From Octopus vulgaris (lineage: Eukaryota), in assembly GCA_951406725.2 (NCBI GenBank), contig OX597833.1, positions 4,278,001 to 4,342,000 on the forward strand: a stretch of DNA of 64,000 nt, read 5' to 3'. Positions within the stretch are counted from its first letter, which is position 1. Each line of letters starts with the position of its first letter. The translations under genes and the position numbers were made by a program. Of the stretch, positions 13,440-27,247 are shown piece by piece. The notes beneath the pieces are model-generated. The model had not been told where the DNA came from. It was given only the letters and a program-made list of their open reading frames with translations, and made no database searches.

Positions 13440-14520
13440 GCCGGTGGCACGTAAGAGAACCATCCGAACGTGGCTGATGTCAGCACCGGCCCGACTGGCC
13501 TTGTGCCAGTGGCACGTAAACGCCATCCGTTCGTGGCCGTTGCCAGCCTCACCTGGCCCCCATGCCGGTGGCACGTAAAAAGCACCATCCGATCGTGGCC
13601 GTTTGCCAGACTCGCCTGGCACCTGTGCCGGTGGCACGTAAAAAGCATCATCCGTTCGTGGCCGTTGCCAGCCTCACCTGGCCCCCATGCCGGTGGCACG
13701 TAAAAAGCACCATCCGATCGTGGCCGTTTGCCAGACTCGCCTGGCACCTGTGCCGGTGGCACGTAAAAAGCACCATCCGATCGTGGCCGTTTGCCAGACT
13801 CGCCTGGCACCTGTGCCGGTGGCACGTAAAAAGCGCCATCCGTTCGTGGCCGTTGCCAGCCTCACCTGGCCCCCATGCCGGTGGCACGTAAAAAGCGCCA
13901 TCCGTTCGTGGCCGTTGCCAGCCTCACCTGGCCCCCATGCCGGTGGCACGTAAAAAGCATCATCCGTTCGTGGCCGTTGCCAGCCTCACCTGGCCCCCAT
14001 GCCAGTGGCACGTAAAAAGCACCATCCGATCGTGGCCGTTTGCCAGACTCGCCTGGCACCTGTGCCGGTGGCACGTAAAAAGCATCATCCGTTCGTGGCC
14101 GTTGCCAGCCTCACCTGGCCCCCATGCCGGTGGCACGTAAAAAGCACCATCCGATCGTGGCCGTTTGCCAGACTCGCCTGGCACCTGTGCCGGTGGCACG
14201 TAAAAAGCGCCATCCGTTCGTGGCCGTTGCCAGCCTCACCTGGCCCCCATGCCGGTGGCACGTAAAGCGCCATCCGTTCGTGGCCGTTGCCAGCCTCACC
14301 TGGCCCCATGCCAGTGGCACGTAAAAGCACCATCCGATCGTGGCCGTTTGCCAGACTCGCCTGGCACCTGTGCCGGTGGCACGTAAAAAGCGCCATCCGT
14401 TCGTGGCCGTTGCCAGCCTCACCTGGCCCCCATGCCAGTGGCACGTAAAAAGCATCATCCGTTCGTGGCCGTTTGCCAGACTCGCCTGGCACCTGTGCCG
14501 GTGGCATGTGAAAAGCACCC
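13440..14520 (+). repeat. ~62-63 bp tandem array (about 17 units, two interspersed variants) inside an RTE-tail element
   Basis: Unit gccggtggcacgtaaaaagcaccatccgatcgtggccgtt..., with no unique spacers. Confidence 0.9.
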
Positions 14521-14937
14521 ACTACACTCACAGAGTGGTTGGTGTTAGGAAGGGCATCCAGCTGTAGAAACACTGCCAAATCAGACTGGGCCTGGTGCAG
14601 CCTTCTGTCTTCCCAGACCCCAGTTGAACCGTCCAACCCATGCCAGCATGGAAAGCGGATGCTAAACGATGATGATGATGATGATGATGATATCAGAGCA
14701 AGGAAGAGGGGTCATTGTCTGTGTGTACGTATGTGTATATGGGTGTATGTATGCATTTGTGCAGGTGTATGTGTGAGTGTTTAGCAGAAAGAAGGGACAT
14801 GAGTTTACCCACATTGTTGTACATCTGTATATTCTTTGGAGTCCCTTGCAAATGGATAAGGCCCAGTCTTCTGTTCATCGCATTCTCTTGTCTCTGGTTG
14901 CTAAAGAAAACACAAATACCAGATTACACATACCTTT

Positions 14938-14980
<43 letters not shown>

Positions 14981-15099
14981 ATATATAAAATTTAAATTAG
15001 AGATAAAACCACTATTATGCAACTCAAACAGTGATAGACATAAACCAAAGCATAAATAACAAATAAAATAAAATATATATATATATATATATGTATATC

Positions 15100-15126
15100 T
15101 GTATCTATCCATCTATCTATCCATCA

Positions 15127-15209
<83 letters not shown>

Positions 15210-15259
15210 CATCCATCCATCTATCTATCTACCTACCTACCTACCTATCTATCTATCTT

Positions 15260-15313
<54 letters not shown>

Positions 15314-15410
15314 CATCTATCTATCTATCTATCTACCTACCTACCTACCTATCTATCTATCTATCTACCTACCTACCTACCTATCTATCTATCTATCTAT
15401 CTATCTATAT
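15100..15410. repeat. (ATCT)n/(ACCT)n microsatellite; mirror (GATA)n at about 53020-53160
   Basis: Direct inspection. Confidence 0.95.
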
Positions 15411-16175
15411 ATATATATATATATCTTTACAAAAATGTATATATGTATATACACATATTGATGTATATATATTTGTATATGCACTTATGATACAGATATA
15501 TAAATGCATACACACAAATACACACACAAGTACACCTACACACACACACACACACACCTACACACACACACACACACCTACACACACACACACACACACA
15601 CACACTCATATTCCAGCATGAATTCTTTTTCCCATTTTTATTTTTTTAACTCTGAAATTTTAAAAGTACTTTTCTGATTCATAACCATATTTAGTTGTCA
15701 TCCATGAAATGCATTAACCATTTGTTAATACCATTCTGTAAATATGTACATGAAGATATCTGCGGCTTTATATAGCTATGGTAAGACCTCACCTGGAACT
15801 TTTGCATCACCTGGTCTGACGTGCAACCAAGAGAATACCCTCCATCGATCATTTGCCATTGAACGCCTTACTTCCCTGGGCAGAAACTCCCTACATCTGA
15901 GCTGATTGGCAAAAATTATTAACCATCTTACAAACAATGTCTTCTTCAACACTCCGACCTGTCTAACACCCGTTATAATATTTACAAAGTCTGTTCAGCA
16001 CAGCTGTCATGACTTTAGGAAGCGTGCAAAGCCAAGAGAATATCGGAGCACTGCAGTCCTTACCAAACTTCCACTGCTTCTCTGAAGATTAAATATAATA
16101 TTCAATATTTATAATAGGTGATATACCAGTAAATTCATTCGATTATCTCTTCATACATTTAACCTTTAACTGAAC

Positions 16176-16209
<34 letters not shown>

Positions 16210-16223
16210 ACATACATACAATA

Positions 16224-16256
<33 letters not shown>

Positions 16257-16941
16257 TATTTTATTATTATTATTATTATTATTAAATATATATATATATG
16301 CATGTATGTATGTATGTATCATCATGTATGTATGTATGTATGTATGTATGCATATGTAAATGTTGTATAACATGTACATCACACACACAGATATGTACAT
16401 GAATACATATATATATATACATACTCATACATTTTGATATGTGTGTGTGAGATCAGATCTTATTGTGAAGTTCAAAATGCCTGATGAAAGGGTTTGGTTA
16501 TATAATTCAGCTCGGAACAAATAAATAACGTAAACAATTTATTCTTACTGTTAATATACATACACTCATATATTTGAGGCTGTGTGTGTATGTATGGTAT
16601 ATATATATTTATCAAAAGAAAAACATGATGCAAAGGATTTAGTGGTATATTCATATATACACATAGGCACACACACAGACATACAATTTGTGTGTGTATA
16701 TATGCATACAAACATGAATCTGCAGTAGATGGTAGAATTCTTAGCCCCACGCACATTACTAATGTAGCACATGTATTACAATATAAGTTTGGGAAAAAGA
16801 CGATTTACGTTGGGGATGCAAATCCTCATAGTTGTGTACGACAGAGCGAGACACCAAAACAAAACCAAAGGGTCCATCCCATTTTTCACTCAATGTAGAA
16901 TGAGGAGATTGCATGTTGAGATAAAGATACGTGTATATATA

Positions 16942-16972
<31 letters not shown>

Positions 16973-17851
16973 GTGTGTGTGTGTATATGTATATATTTAC
17001 ATAGATACAAAGCACATTAGATAATGTACTCCTAGTTGTAGTATGTCTCAAAGACAAATTTTTTTGTTAAAGTACGTACACACAAAAACAACACACAAGC
17101 ACGCATACACCAAATCAAACAGCAATAGCAACAGTTTTCTTCACTCACTGGGATTTGGTTTGTATATTCAGAAGGATGAAAGGTTTGTTTACATCTGGAA
17201 GTAGACAAAAGGAATTTTAACCATCCAAAGGCAAGGTGGCATAGACTGGTAATTTGCCGTTGGCACGTTAAAGAAACCTGAATGGATGGACTCCCTGGCA
17301 ATTTTTGACGTGCACCCTATATTTGGTACAGAAGGCATCCAGCTGTAGAAGCACTGCCAGATCAGACTGGAGGATGATTAGCTTCCCAGACCCCGGTCGA
17401 ACCATAATATTCACCGTGCTAGAGCGGAAAAAGAAAAGATGATGATGATGATGATGATGATGAAATGAAAAAGAAAAAGAAAAACACAAATGAAAGAAGT
17501 AAATATGAGAGACAAGCTTCAATGATTTTATCCAAAAATATTTTTGTAAAAATATAATAGTATACCTTCTTGCTACATCCGATAAGATTCAACGTTATAT
17601 ATATATTTCATATTCTAATTATATTTCTAAAATTTTGAATGAAACAGCTGTCAGAGACTATGTCAATTTTGTAATTAATGAATAATTATTAATTTATCCT
17701 TCTGCATTTTCTTATTGAGTAATTATAAACCTCAGTTATGCGAATTAACTTGTTGAATATTAAATATAATATTCAATATTTATATAGGTGATATACCAGT
17801 AAATTCATTCAATTTTTACCTCTTCATGAGGTATTTAACCTTTAACTGAAC

Positions 17852-17899
<48 letters not shown>

Positions 17900-18628
17900 T
17901 ACATACATACATATATAAAATATAATATATATATATATATATATATATAGGTTAAGTAATTGAGATTCTAGGAATACAAAAGAACCACGTATACATATGT
18001 CCTTAACTAGGATGCACGCAAATCATATGGTGTTAACCATACGCACAAGTGGGGTGATATACAAATAGGAAAAAAGAACAAGAATGGATTAAAACAAAAG
18101 AGGGCTAAGGGACATCTTTAATAATACAAAAAAATGCAGTGAATACAGATGCTCGAAATGTGTAAAAACATCAGAGAATTCCCAAGTTCAAGACTTTTTC
18201 ATCGGATCTCCAAAATGAAAGGCAAGTCTGCGATTCTTGTAAGTTTCAATAACAATCTGTTCCTCTAACGATATGACAGTCACTGCTCTCAGCATTTCCT
18301 CTACATGATGTGCAGTCACTTTCTGCCAGCTTGCCACCTTTTCAGAAATGTAACCTATAGCAAATGAAATTTCTTCACACAAGAAAATAAAAAGTTGTTG
18401 TAGACAGAAAATTTTAAAATATAATTCTCCATACAGCATGAAGATCTACATGAATCGAACTTTCTTCAATGCATAATCTTACAACCTCTATATCTACCCC
18501 TTTGATGTTTGGGAATTCTATAGATGTCATCCCAACAACAGCCATCTGTATTCACTGCATTTTTGTAGCTTATTAAAGATGTCCTCTAAAACATCGTACC
18601 AGATTTTAACCATTCTTGTTGCTTTTTT

Positions 18629-18668
<40 letters not shown>

Positions 18669-20028
18669 CTCTAATTTCAGTTCAAGCCAGCCATGCTGAT
18701 GCACCACCTTGCTCGTCTATATATATATATGTATCATTTATGTATGTATGTATGTATGCTGTATGTATGTATGATGTATGTATGTATGTATGTTTGTATG
18801 TATGTATGTATGTAACACAGTACTGCACACACACAGATATCTGAATCTATATTTACATACTCTACATGTACTGGATGTTTGTGTGAGATTAATCTTATCT
18901 GTGAACTGTTCAAAATGCCTGATGAAAGGGTTTGGTTATATAACGCCGGAACAAATAAATAGCTACATTATGGAAACACATGTAATATAATTTATTCATA
19001 CTGTTTATTGTAAGTATATATGTGTGTGTGTATGTATATGTGTATTTATCAAAGAAAAACATGATGCAAAGGATTTAGTGGTACATATGTTTCTGCCTTT
19101 TATTAGACAGTTTATATCAATGCATAATTGATGTAATTTGTATGTCAATAGCCTTCTTCATAGAATAATTTACACTGAAAGGCTGTAAAATATAAGTTTG
19201 GGAAATAGACGATTTACGTTGGGGATGCAAAATAGACACAGAGCATCCAAAAATGCCAATGGGTATCCCATTTTCACTCAATGTAGAATAGGAGATTGAA
19301 TTTATATACAAAGCACATTAGATAATGTTCTTACATAATGTCAACAATCTATTCTGAATGTCACTTCCTGCTAATGATCAAATCGATTGCAAAAGCAAAA
19401 ACAACGTAAAAAGAGTGGCAGGAAATCCATTTACCTGTAATTTTAGAATTTGCACTTAGCAGTTTTTTGTGTGCAGGAATTTCTTTCATCATCTAAGAAT
19501 TATTGGATGGATCAAATGGGTTTGTTTGGGGATCATCTGGAAGTAATAAATAATTGTTTAACCATCCAAACGTGGCCGATGTCAGCGCCGCCTGACTGGC
19601 TTCCGTGCCGGTGGCACATTAAAAGCACCAACCAATGTGGCCGATGCCAGACTGGATATTCAGCGTGGCACAGAAAAAGCACCCATTACATTCGCGGGGT
19701 GGTGAGTGTTGGAAGGGCATCCAGCTGTAAAAGCACGGCCAGATCAGACTGGTGCCTAGGTGTTTTCACTCAATAAACACTCACAACCCCGGTCGAAACC
19801 CGATCCTACAACCACGAGTCCGCTGCCCTAACCACTGGGCCATTGCATTAAACATTAATGATAATATATGACCTACCCAATCCCAGTGGATGAAACATCA
19901 AAACAATGGAAAGCATGTTAAGAAAATGATATCCTCCCCAGTCCTTAAAATGTTGTTAATATTCCTGCCCCTAATTATAAAATATCTCTATGATCTGTTG
20001 CACTCATACCTCAACTGTATGTTTGCTG

Positions 20029-20064
<36 letters not shown>

Positions 20065-20199
20065 GATAAATATACTTAATCTTTAATAAATACTTTTGTC
20101 TTTTTCCCTCTGGTATCAATAATTAATTAATATTCTGATTATAACTGTTTATATCATAATTCCATTACCTCCAAAATCTGCAGAAAACAACTCCGTCAC

Positions 20200-21357
20200 T
20201 TTCCAAAAAACTAGAAGTAGTTGATAGCTTCCGTTATCTAGGTGACCAAGTCAGTAGTGCTTCCTGAAAGTTAACCTAGAAACCTTTCCAAGTTTCTCTT
20301 ACCTCTCTGGTGACTAAAGGCCTCTCGCTCAGAGTAAAAGGCAGACTGTATGATGCGTTACGAACAGCCATGCTACATGGCAGCGAAACATCCTGACTGC
20401 TGAGGACATGCGTAAGCTCGTGAGGAATGAAGCCATATGCTCCGATGGATGTGTAATGTCAGTGTACATACTCACAGATTAACCTTATGTTGTACCTAAG
20501 AAGCCATCAGTTGTGGTGTAAGAGAGTCAAGTTGTGTGAGTGTCTGTCTCCTACGATTTAGATTCCAACTACTCCCACATTTTGCGGTGCAGTTTAACCA
20601 AAACCGGGTATCTTTGGTGATTCATATCGAGCCCTTCGAACTTTAGGCCTCACTGAGGAAATGACCAGTGATTTAATATTCTGTACGTGAAAGACCAGGC
20701 AGGACAAGTGAGCCCAGTTTTTTTCCATTTTAATGCATTTTTTAGACCGGCTGCGAAGTCGATATAGATCATCCGACGACAGACACCCATGAAATGCTAC
20801 GATGAGTCAACGATGAAAAAAATTTACAGCCATCCCTGGCCTGGTTATAGCACTATGACTCATGCCGCACGTAAAATACTAATGCGAGAGACAACCATGC
20901 CAACCTCCTTTGCTTTATATACATGTTCCAGCGAAATCGAAATCGAAGAGAACCAGCCAGGATCCCTGGTCTTGTACGTAGATATCTTTCTAGCAGAAAT
21001 ACTCCAATGCGAATGTGACAGGGCAACCCCCTTTGCTTGTGAAGACATGTTAGCGAAATCAATCCTTGAACCAGCCATATACATGTCTGGTGGTACGTAA
21101 AGCACTATAACTCGTGGCCGATGCCAGCATGTCTGGCATTGTGCCGGTGGCACATAAAATACACCAATCTGACCGTGGCCGTTGCCATGCATGTATATAT
21201 AGCACCCATACACTCACGGAGTGGTTGGCATATAGGAAGGGCATCCAGCTGTAGAAACATTGCCAAATTAGACTGGAGCCTGGTGCAGCCTTCTGGCTTC
21301 CCAGAATATACCGTCCAACCCATGCTAGCATGGAGAACGGACGTTTAAATACGATGA

Positions 21358-21360
<3 letters not shown>
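20200..21360 (+). mobile_element. RTE-clade LINE 3' fragment (garbled)
   Basis: Translatable patches LEVVDSFRYLGDQVSS, LSLRVKGRLYDA, RTAMLHGSET, MLRWMCNVSV, ending in the abundant (GAT)n-tailed 3' region. Confidence 0.65.
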
Positions 21361-21419
<59 letters not shown>

Positions 21420-21540
21420 CTTTACATAGAAAAATTCCATCAAGAAAAATATTTTAATATGCTGCCACATTTCTTGATGGAATTTTTTTCTGTAGAGAAA
21501 AAAAACATCCTATAGTAGTAGTATATATATATATACATAC

Positions 21541-21575
<35 letters not shown>

Positions 21576-22002
21576 TGTTGGTAATTAGCTATTTAAAGAT
21601 CTCTTACTGAATGTCTCCCTCTGAGAGTTTTAACAATAATAGTATTTCTATTTCTGGATCAGTGGCTGTGTGTCACATTGAAATCTGTATATTTGAGCCA
21701 TGAATTCAGCAGCGCCACCTAGCCAAAAAGCTATTCTGTGTTGATAAAGAGCAATAACCCTGAAACTTGTCAGTATTGTTTTGTGCAAGGAGGGGATGCT
21801 GAATTCCCTGTTTGAAAGAATAAGGACACAAGTAGCGTGTCGTATAGCCAGATGGAAACGGTGCTTCTTGGGGCTAACGAACAGCAACAATGTCCCTTCC
21901 TCTACAGCCACATTATGTTGGCAATTAGCTGGTTTTTTTAAAGAATTGTTACTGAATATCTGACTCTGAGAGACTGAGAAATAATTCTATTTTTTCATAT
22001 AT

Positions 22003-22038
<36 letters not shown>

Positions 22039-22192
22039 GTTTAATGTTCGCTTTCCTTGCTAGCATGGATAAAAATAGGAAAGGAAGAATTCAGAGAGTG
22101 AGGGAGAGAGAGAGAAGGAGAGAGAGAGCGAGAGAGAGAGTGAGAGAGAGAGTGAGAAAGTTGAGAGAGCCGTGGAAACAGTGATGGCTGAG

Positions 22193-22467
22193 TTAAAGAT
22201 GAGTAACGGTCACAGTCTTGGTCAAGTTATAGGAGATTCCGCCAACCGTGTTGTTAGCGGTACACACATAGACCCCACTTGTGTCAGGGTCCAGTTCCAT
22301 AGTTCTACCCCAAGATATCCTGCTATTTTGAGGTGTCTCTGGGAAGAACTCCCACATGGTTGAGGGGTCAGGGTTGCCGAGTGCTACACACTCAAATGTT
22401 GTTTTGGTGCCACGAACCAGTCTCCATTCTGTGACATCTGGAATTATTCTGATGGCATCAACGGGAT
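22193..22467 (-). CDS. IgSF receptor paralogue B, Ig domain 3 exon (3' end may be mis-assembled)
   Basis: Acceptor intact and Ig motifs intact. The donor region reads gttactcatctttaactcag, a hybrid of the A and C versions that gives an immediate stop. Confidence 0.65.
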
Positions 22468-22818
22468 CTGAAAGAAAACAGATGATCAAAAGAGAATTTA
22501 CTGAAACCATTTTATGTGGCAACACTTGGTTGTCAAATGTGGCACTTTACTCTCACTCCCTTTCTTTCTCTCTCTCTCTCACTCACACAGCCCAAATAAC
22601 CCCTTCAGAAAACGTCTATATACAGACACATTTCCCCTTATTTTCATCTCAATGCATGAATCACCTCTCTAGTGCTCCTTGTCCCTTCATCCCTTCTTAG
22701 CTTCCCACAGTCAAAGGCCATTGCAGAAGGCACACAATATGCTGTGCAGTGAGGTTGAACCTAAAACCATAAGGTTTGAAAGAGAACTTGTTACCCACAT
22801 GCCTGCACCTAAAATAAG

Positions 22819-22883
<65 letters not shown>

Positions 22884-24453
22884 TTTAAAAAAAATCAAAA
22901 TCGATCAGCATGAGTGGAAATTGTAGCTGTGATACCAGTGCCGGTGACACATAAGAGAACCATCCGAACGTGGCCGTTGCCAGCGCCACCCCGAGTGGCT
23001 CCGTGCTGGTGGCACGTAAAGCACCAACCGATCGTGGCCGTTTGCAAGCCTCGTCTGGCACCTGTGCCGTGGCACGTAAAAAGCACCAACTACACTCATG
23101 GAGTGGTTGGCATTAGGAAGGGCATCCAGCCAAAGAAACATTGCCAGATCAGACTGGGCCTGGTGCAGCCTTCTGGCTTCCCAGACCCCAGTTGCCACTC
23201 TGTCCAACCCATGCCAGCATGGAAAGCGGACGCTAAACGATGATGATGAGGATGATGATGATGATGATGATGATGATATATATATATATATATGTTTAAC
23301 ACTCCCCTTGGGTGACAGATTTTCTAGGGCTTGATGCCCAGTGATGAGAGAGAAATAATTTCTCTGTTTTTCCCCCAATCCCTACATTAACAATGATTTA
23401 AAGATGTGTGTGGTCAATAGCACTGCTAGAAACAGCAACTAAATATCTCTTGTATTACACTCTGCTGTCTGATCATATGAAGTACTTCATTGAATAATTA
23501 TATATATATATATATATATATATAAGAGACAGGGTGCATTGTGTTCCGTTATTTAATAAATGAAAGAAACGTATTGTAAATACACAAACAACAAGTGAAA
23601 ATGTATAACGTATATGAAGTGCACAAACAGATGGAAGACACACGCAGAAGGTCCCTAATTCTTCATCAGTTATCAACCAAATGGTATAACTCAGCATATA
23701 TATTTTCGCACTGCTGTCTGATCAAATGAAGAAAAATTATATATATTGTAAGTGCATGCAATGTATGTATGATATAAGAACCTGCATTGTGTTCCGTTAT
23801 TTAGCAGTGAAGAAAATAAACTGAAGTGCACAAGACGGAAGATCAAAGGCTTGACTTAGCAGTCGTTCAGTAGTTGATAAAATACATCCTGCACTTGGAA
23901 TGATTGTGGAAACAAATGTTGGGGACAAAGCCCCAGCATGGGCACAATCCAGTGACTGAAACCAGTAAAAGATTAACATTTAGGGTAAACACTTATGTGC
24001 TGTCCCCTGTCCTGGAATGCAGGAGTCCATGACTCATCAGGCGGTGAATGAGGTCTATAGGTGTTTAAGTCCCTTCCACTGCGAAACCAGAGATACCAGG
24101 GCAACCCAACAAACTACATGATGTTGAGATCCTGGGCCAGATGTTTCTATCCTGTCTCCCATGCTCATTCTTGCTGCATCACTCATCTCCTCTCTCAACC
24201 CAGATGTAATGACTTGCTTTGTGAGAATCTTCCAAGAATTTTCTGGCAACATCATTTCCCACCTTCACACCTAATCCAAGAATCTTGAGCATTGAGTGAA
24301 CACTGGTTCCAATGAATCTCCAAACGCCAATCTCTGGAGGAAGGCACATTGCCTCCCATCCATTCTTTACACAGAATCCAACCAACTCACTGTGTTTTCT
24401 CTGATTTCTGAAGAAATAATAATAGCAACAGAGAAGAAAAACAGACAACTTAC

Positions 24454-24729
24454 AGTCAACTTCCCAGGTTTGCATTAATATCAAAGAACTTGACCCCACT
24501 TTACATGTAGCCGTCTTGGTTGTCTTAGTGACTTGAAATGTTAGGCTTGCAGTTTGTGTGAAAATGCACTGATCGACCTGTTTAACTGGTGGGTTTGGTT
24601 TAGCGCAGGTATTGTCAACACAAAGGTGTAATTCCTGTGCAGGACTTCCAACTTTACTCTCGCAAGAAACGGTGACAATGTCATTGAGAATTTGATTATC
24701 AGAAGGAGCCGTCAGATTGGGAGTTCCAG
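24454..24729 (-). CDS. IgSF receptor paralogue B, duplicated Ig domain 2 exon (copy b)
   Basis: Part of an 844-bp tandem duplication. The junction creates gtgcag|ctggaact, giving a 276-nt phase 1-1 exon with an intact gtaagt donor. Confidence 0.5.
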
Positions 24730-25297
24730 CTGCACTTGGAATGATTGTGGAAACAAATATTGGGGACAAAGCCCCAGCATGGGCACAATCCAGTGACTGA
24801 AACCATTAAAAGATTAACATTTAGGGTAAACACTTATGTGCTGTCCCCTGTCCTTGAATGCAGGAGTCCATGACTCATCAGGCGGTGAATGAGGTCTGTA
24901 GGTGTTTGAGTCCCTTCCACTGTGAAACCAGAGATACCCAGGGCAACCCAACAAACTACATGATGTTGACATTCTGGGCCAGATGTTTCTATCCTGTCTC
25001 CCATGCTCATTCTTGCTGCATCACTCATCTCCTCTCTCTCAACCCAGATGTAATGACTTGCTTTGTGAGAATCTTCCAAGTATTTTCTGGCAACATCATT
25101 TCCCACCTTCACACCTAATCCAAGAATCTTGAGCATTGAGTGACCACTGGTTCCAATCAATCTCCAAACCCCAATCTCTGGAGGGAGGCACATTGCCTCC
25201 CATCCATTCTTTACACAGAACCCAACCAACTCACTGTGTTTTCTGTGATTTCTGAAGAAATAATAATAGCAACAGAGAAGAAAAACAGACAACTTAC

Positions 25298-25579
25298 AGT
25301 AAACTTCCCTGGTTTGCATTAATATCAAAGAACTTGACCCCACTTTACATGTAGCCGTCTTGGTTGTCTTGGTGACTTGAAATGTTAGGCTTGCAGTTTG
25401 TGTGAAAATGCACTGATCGACCTGTTTAACTGGTGGGTTTGGTTTAGCGCAGGTATTGCCAACACAAAGGTGTAATTCCTGTGCAGAACTTCCAACGTTA
25501 CTCTCGCAAGAAACGGTGACAATGTCATTGAGAATTTGATTATCAGAAGGAGCCGTCAGATCGGGTGTTCCAGCTGGAC
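25298..25579 (-). CDS. IgSF receptor paralogue B, Ig domain 2 exon (copy a)
   Basis: 282 nt, canonical splice sites, homologous to 1373-1654. Confidence 0.8.
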
Positions 25580-25764
25580 CTGTAGGAAAAAAGAAAAGGG
25601 AACAAAAAGGGACATTTAAATGCAAGAAATATTGTTAGGGAAGTTAAGGATCATCAACAATTTCATTGTATGTGAGAGAGAGAGAGGGGAGGACGAGGAT
25701 AGAGGGGAAGAGGGAGAGAGAGAAAGTGGGAGTAAAAGTGAAAGTAGATAAAGGTAATCCTTAC

Positions 25765-26100
25765 CCAGAACATCAAGTGTCACACTGTTACTCTTGAACA
25801 GATCAGCATTTTGATTCACCACCTCACACCTGTAATTCCCTCGGTCAGAGCAAGTCAAAGAACTGATTGTATACTTATAGTAATACTGGTTGCCTGAACC
25901 ATTGACTGAAGTATTGGGACTACTTTCAGCTGGAAAACCAGGAACGAAGGCTGTAGCAATCTTCTTGTCATTATGCATGAAATAAGCATTGGACTGAGGT
26001 AGTGTGGTGGTGGCATTGCAGAAGAACTGAGCAGAATCACCAATTTTGGTTGAAGAAGAGATGGAGAATGTCATTGTTTGAGATTTCACAATTGGAACAC
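25765..26100 (-). CDS. IgSF receptor paralogue B, Ig domain 1 exon (variable)
   Basis: 336 nt, AG/GT intact. Reads VPIVKSQTMTF..FFC..DRGNYRC..LDVL. Confidence 0.85.
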
Positions 26101-27247
26101 CTGAAATGATGGAAAGACAGAAAGATTAATAAACATGAATGTCTGGCTACTTTTTTTCTCTACTTCTTGCAGTCATTAGACTGTGGCCATGCTGGGGCAC
26201 CACCTTGAACAGCATTCAGTTCAACGAATTGACCCCAGTGCATTTTTTAAGACTCATACTTATTTCACCGCTCTCTTTTTGCCAAACTGCTAAGTTATAT
26301 AGATGTAAACAAACCAACACCGGTTGCCAAGTGGTATGGTGAACTAACACAGACACAAAGCCACACACACACATACACACAATGGGCTTCATTTAGTTCC
26401 TGCCAACCAAATCTCCTCACAAGGTTTCAGTCAGCAAAAGGCTATAGGAGAGGACATTTGCCCATAGTGCCATGCAGTGGGACTGAACTTAGAACCATGT
26501 GGCCGGAAAGTAAACTTCTTTCCACACAGCCACCCCTGTGCCCTTATATACAAATATGTATGGGTACATGTAACCATCTATCTTCCTCTCACTCCCTTTC
26601 TCTCAGGAGTGGCTTCCCAACCACAAGGTTCCGGGTTCAGTCCCATTGCGTGGAAACTTGGGCAAGTGTCTTTTACTATAGACTCAGGCCAACCAAAGCC
26701 TTGTGAGTGGACTTGGTAGATGGAAACTGAAAGAAGCCTGTTGTATATATAAGTATGTATGTGTTTGTTATTTATATCTGTGTTTATCCTCCCACTATCG
26801 CTTGACAACCGATGTTGGTGGGTTTATGACCCGCCACTTAGTGGTTTGGCAAAATAGAGACCAATAGAATATGTACTTGGCTTACAAACTATAAGTCCTG
26901 GAGTTAACATGTCCATCTAAAGGTGGTGCTCCAGCATGGCCACTGTCAAATGATTGCAGGAAGTAAAAAAATATAATATATATATGTGTTTCTGTATATA
27001 TATGTGTGTGTTTATATATAGATATATATTTCTCTGTTATCTTGGTGCGGTACGGTGGATTAATTTAAGACTTTAGCTCTTATTTCTAGCAGGTAGATGC
27101 TTGTTAAGCATCATTATGCTTCGTGCAAATATATAATTCATAGCTATTTAATGCTATTGCGCCTTCGATCCACCTATGTCACTGCTGGTGACATCTGATT
27201 TCAAATCTCAGTGTTTGAATGTTTTTTCTTATATATGTATGTATATA

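Noticed and set aside
13440-14520. Possible CRISPR-like array, and repetitive ORFs (CHRHR, VPPA)
   Set aside because: There are no unique spacers and no cas genes, and the context is eukaryotic. It is a tandem repeat inside a retroelement tail.
16480-16540. CTGATGA..GGAAC hammerhead-like motif (mirror at about 49990-50040)
   Set aside because: GAAA is mutated and there is no stem I pairing.
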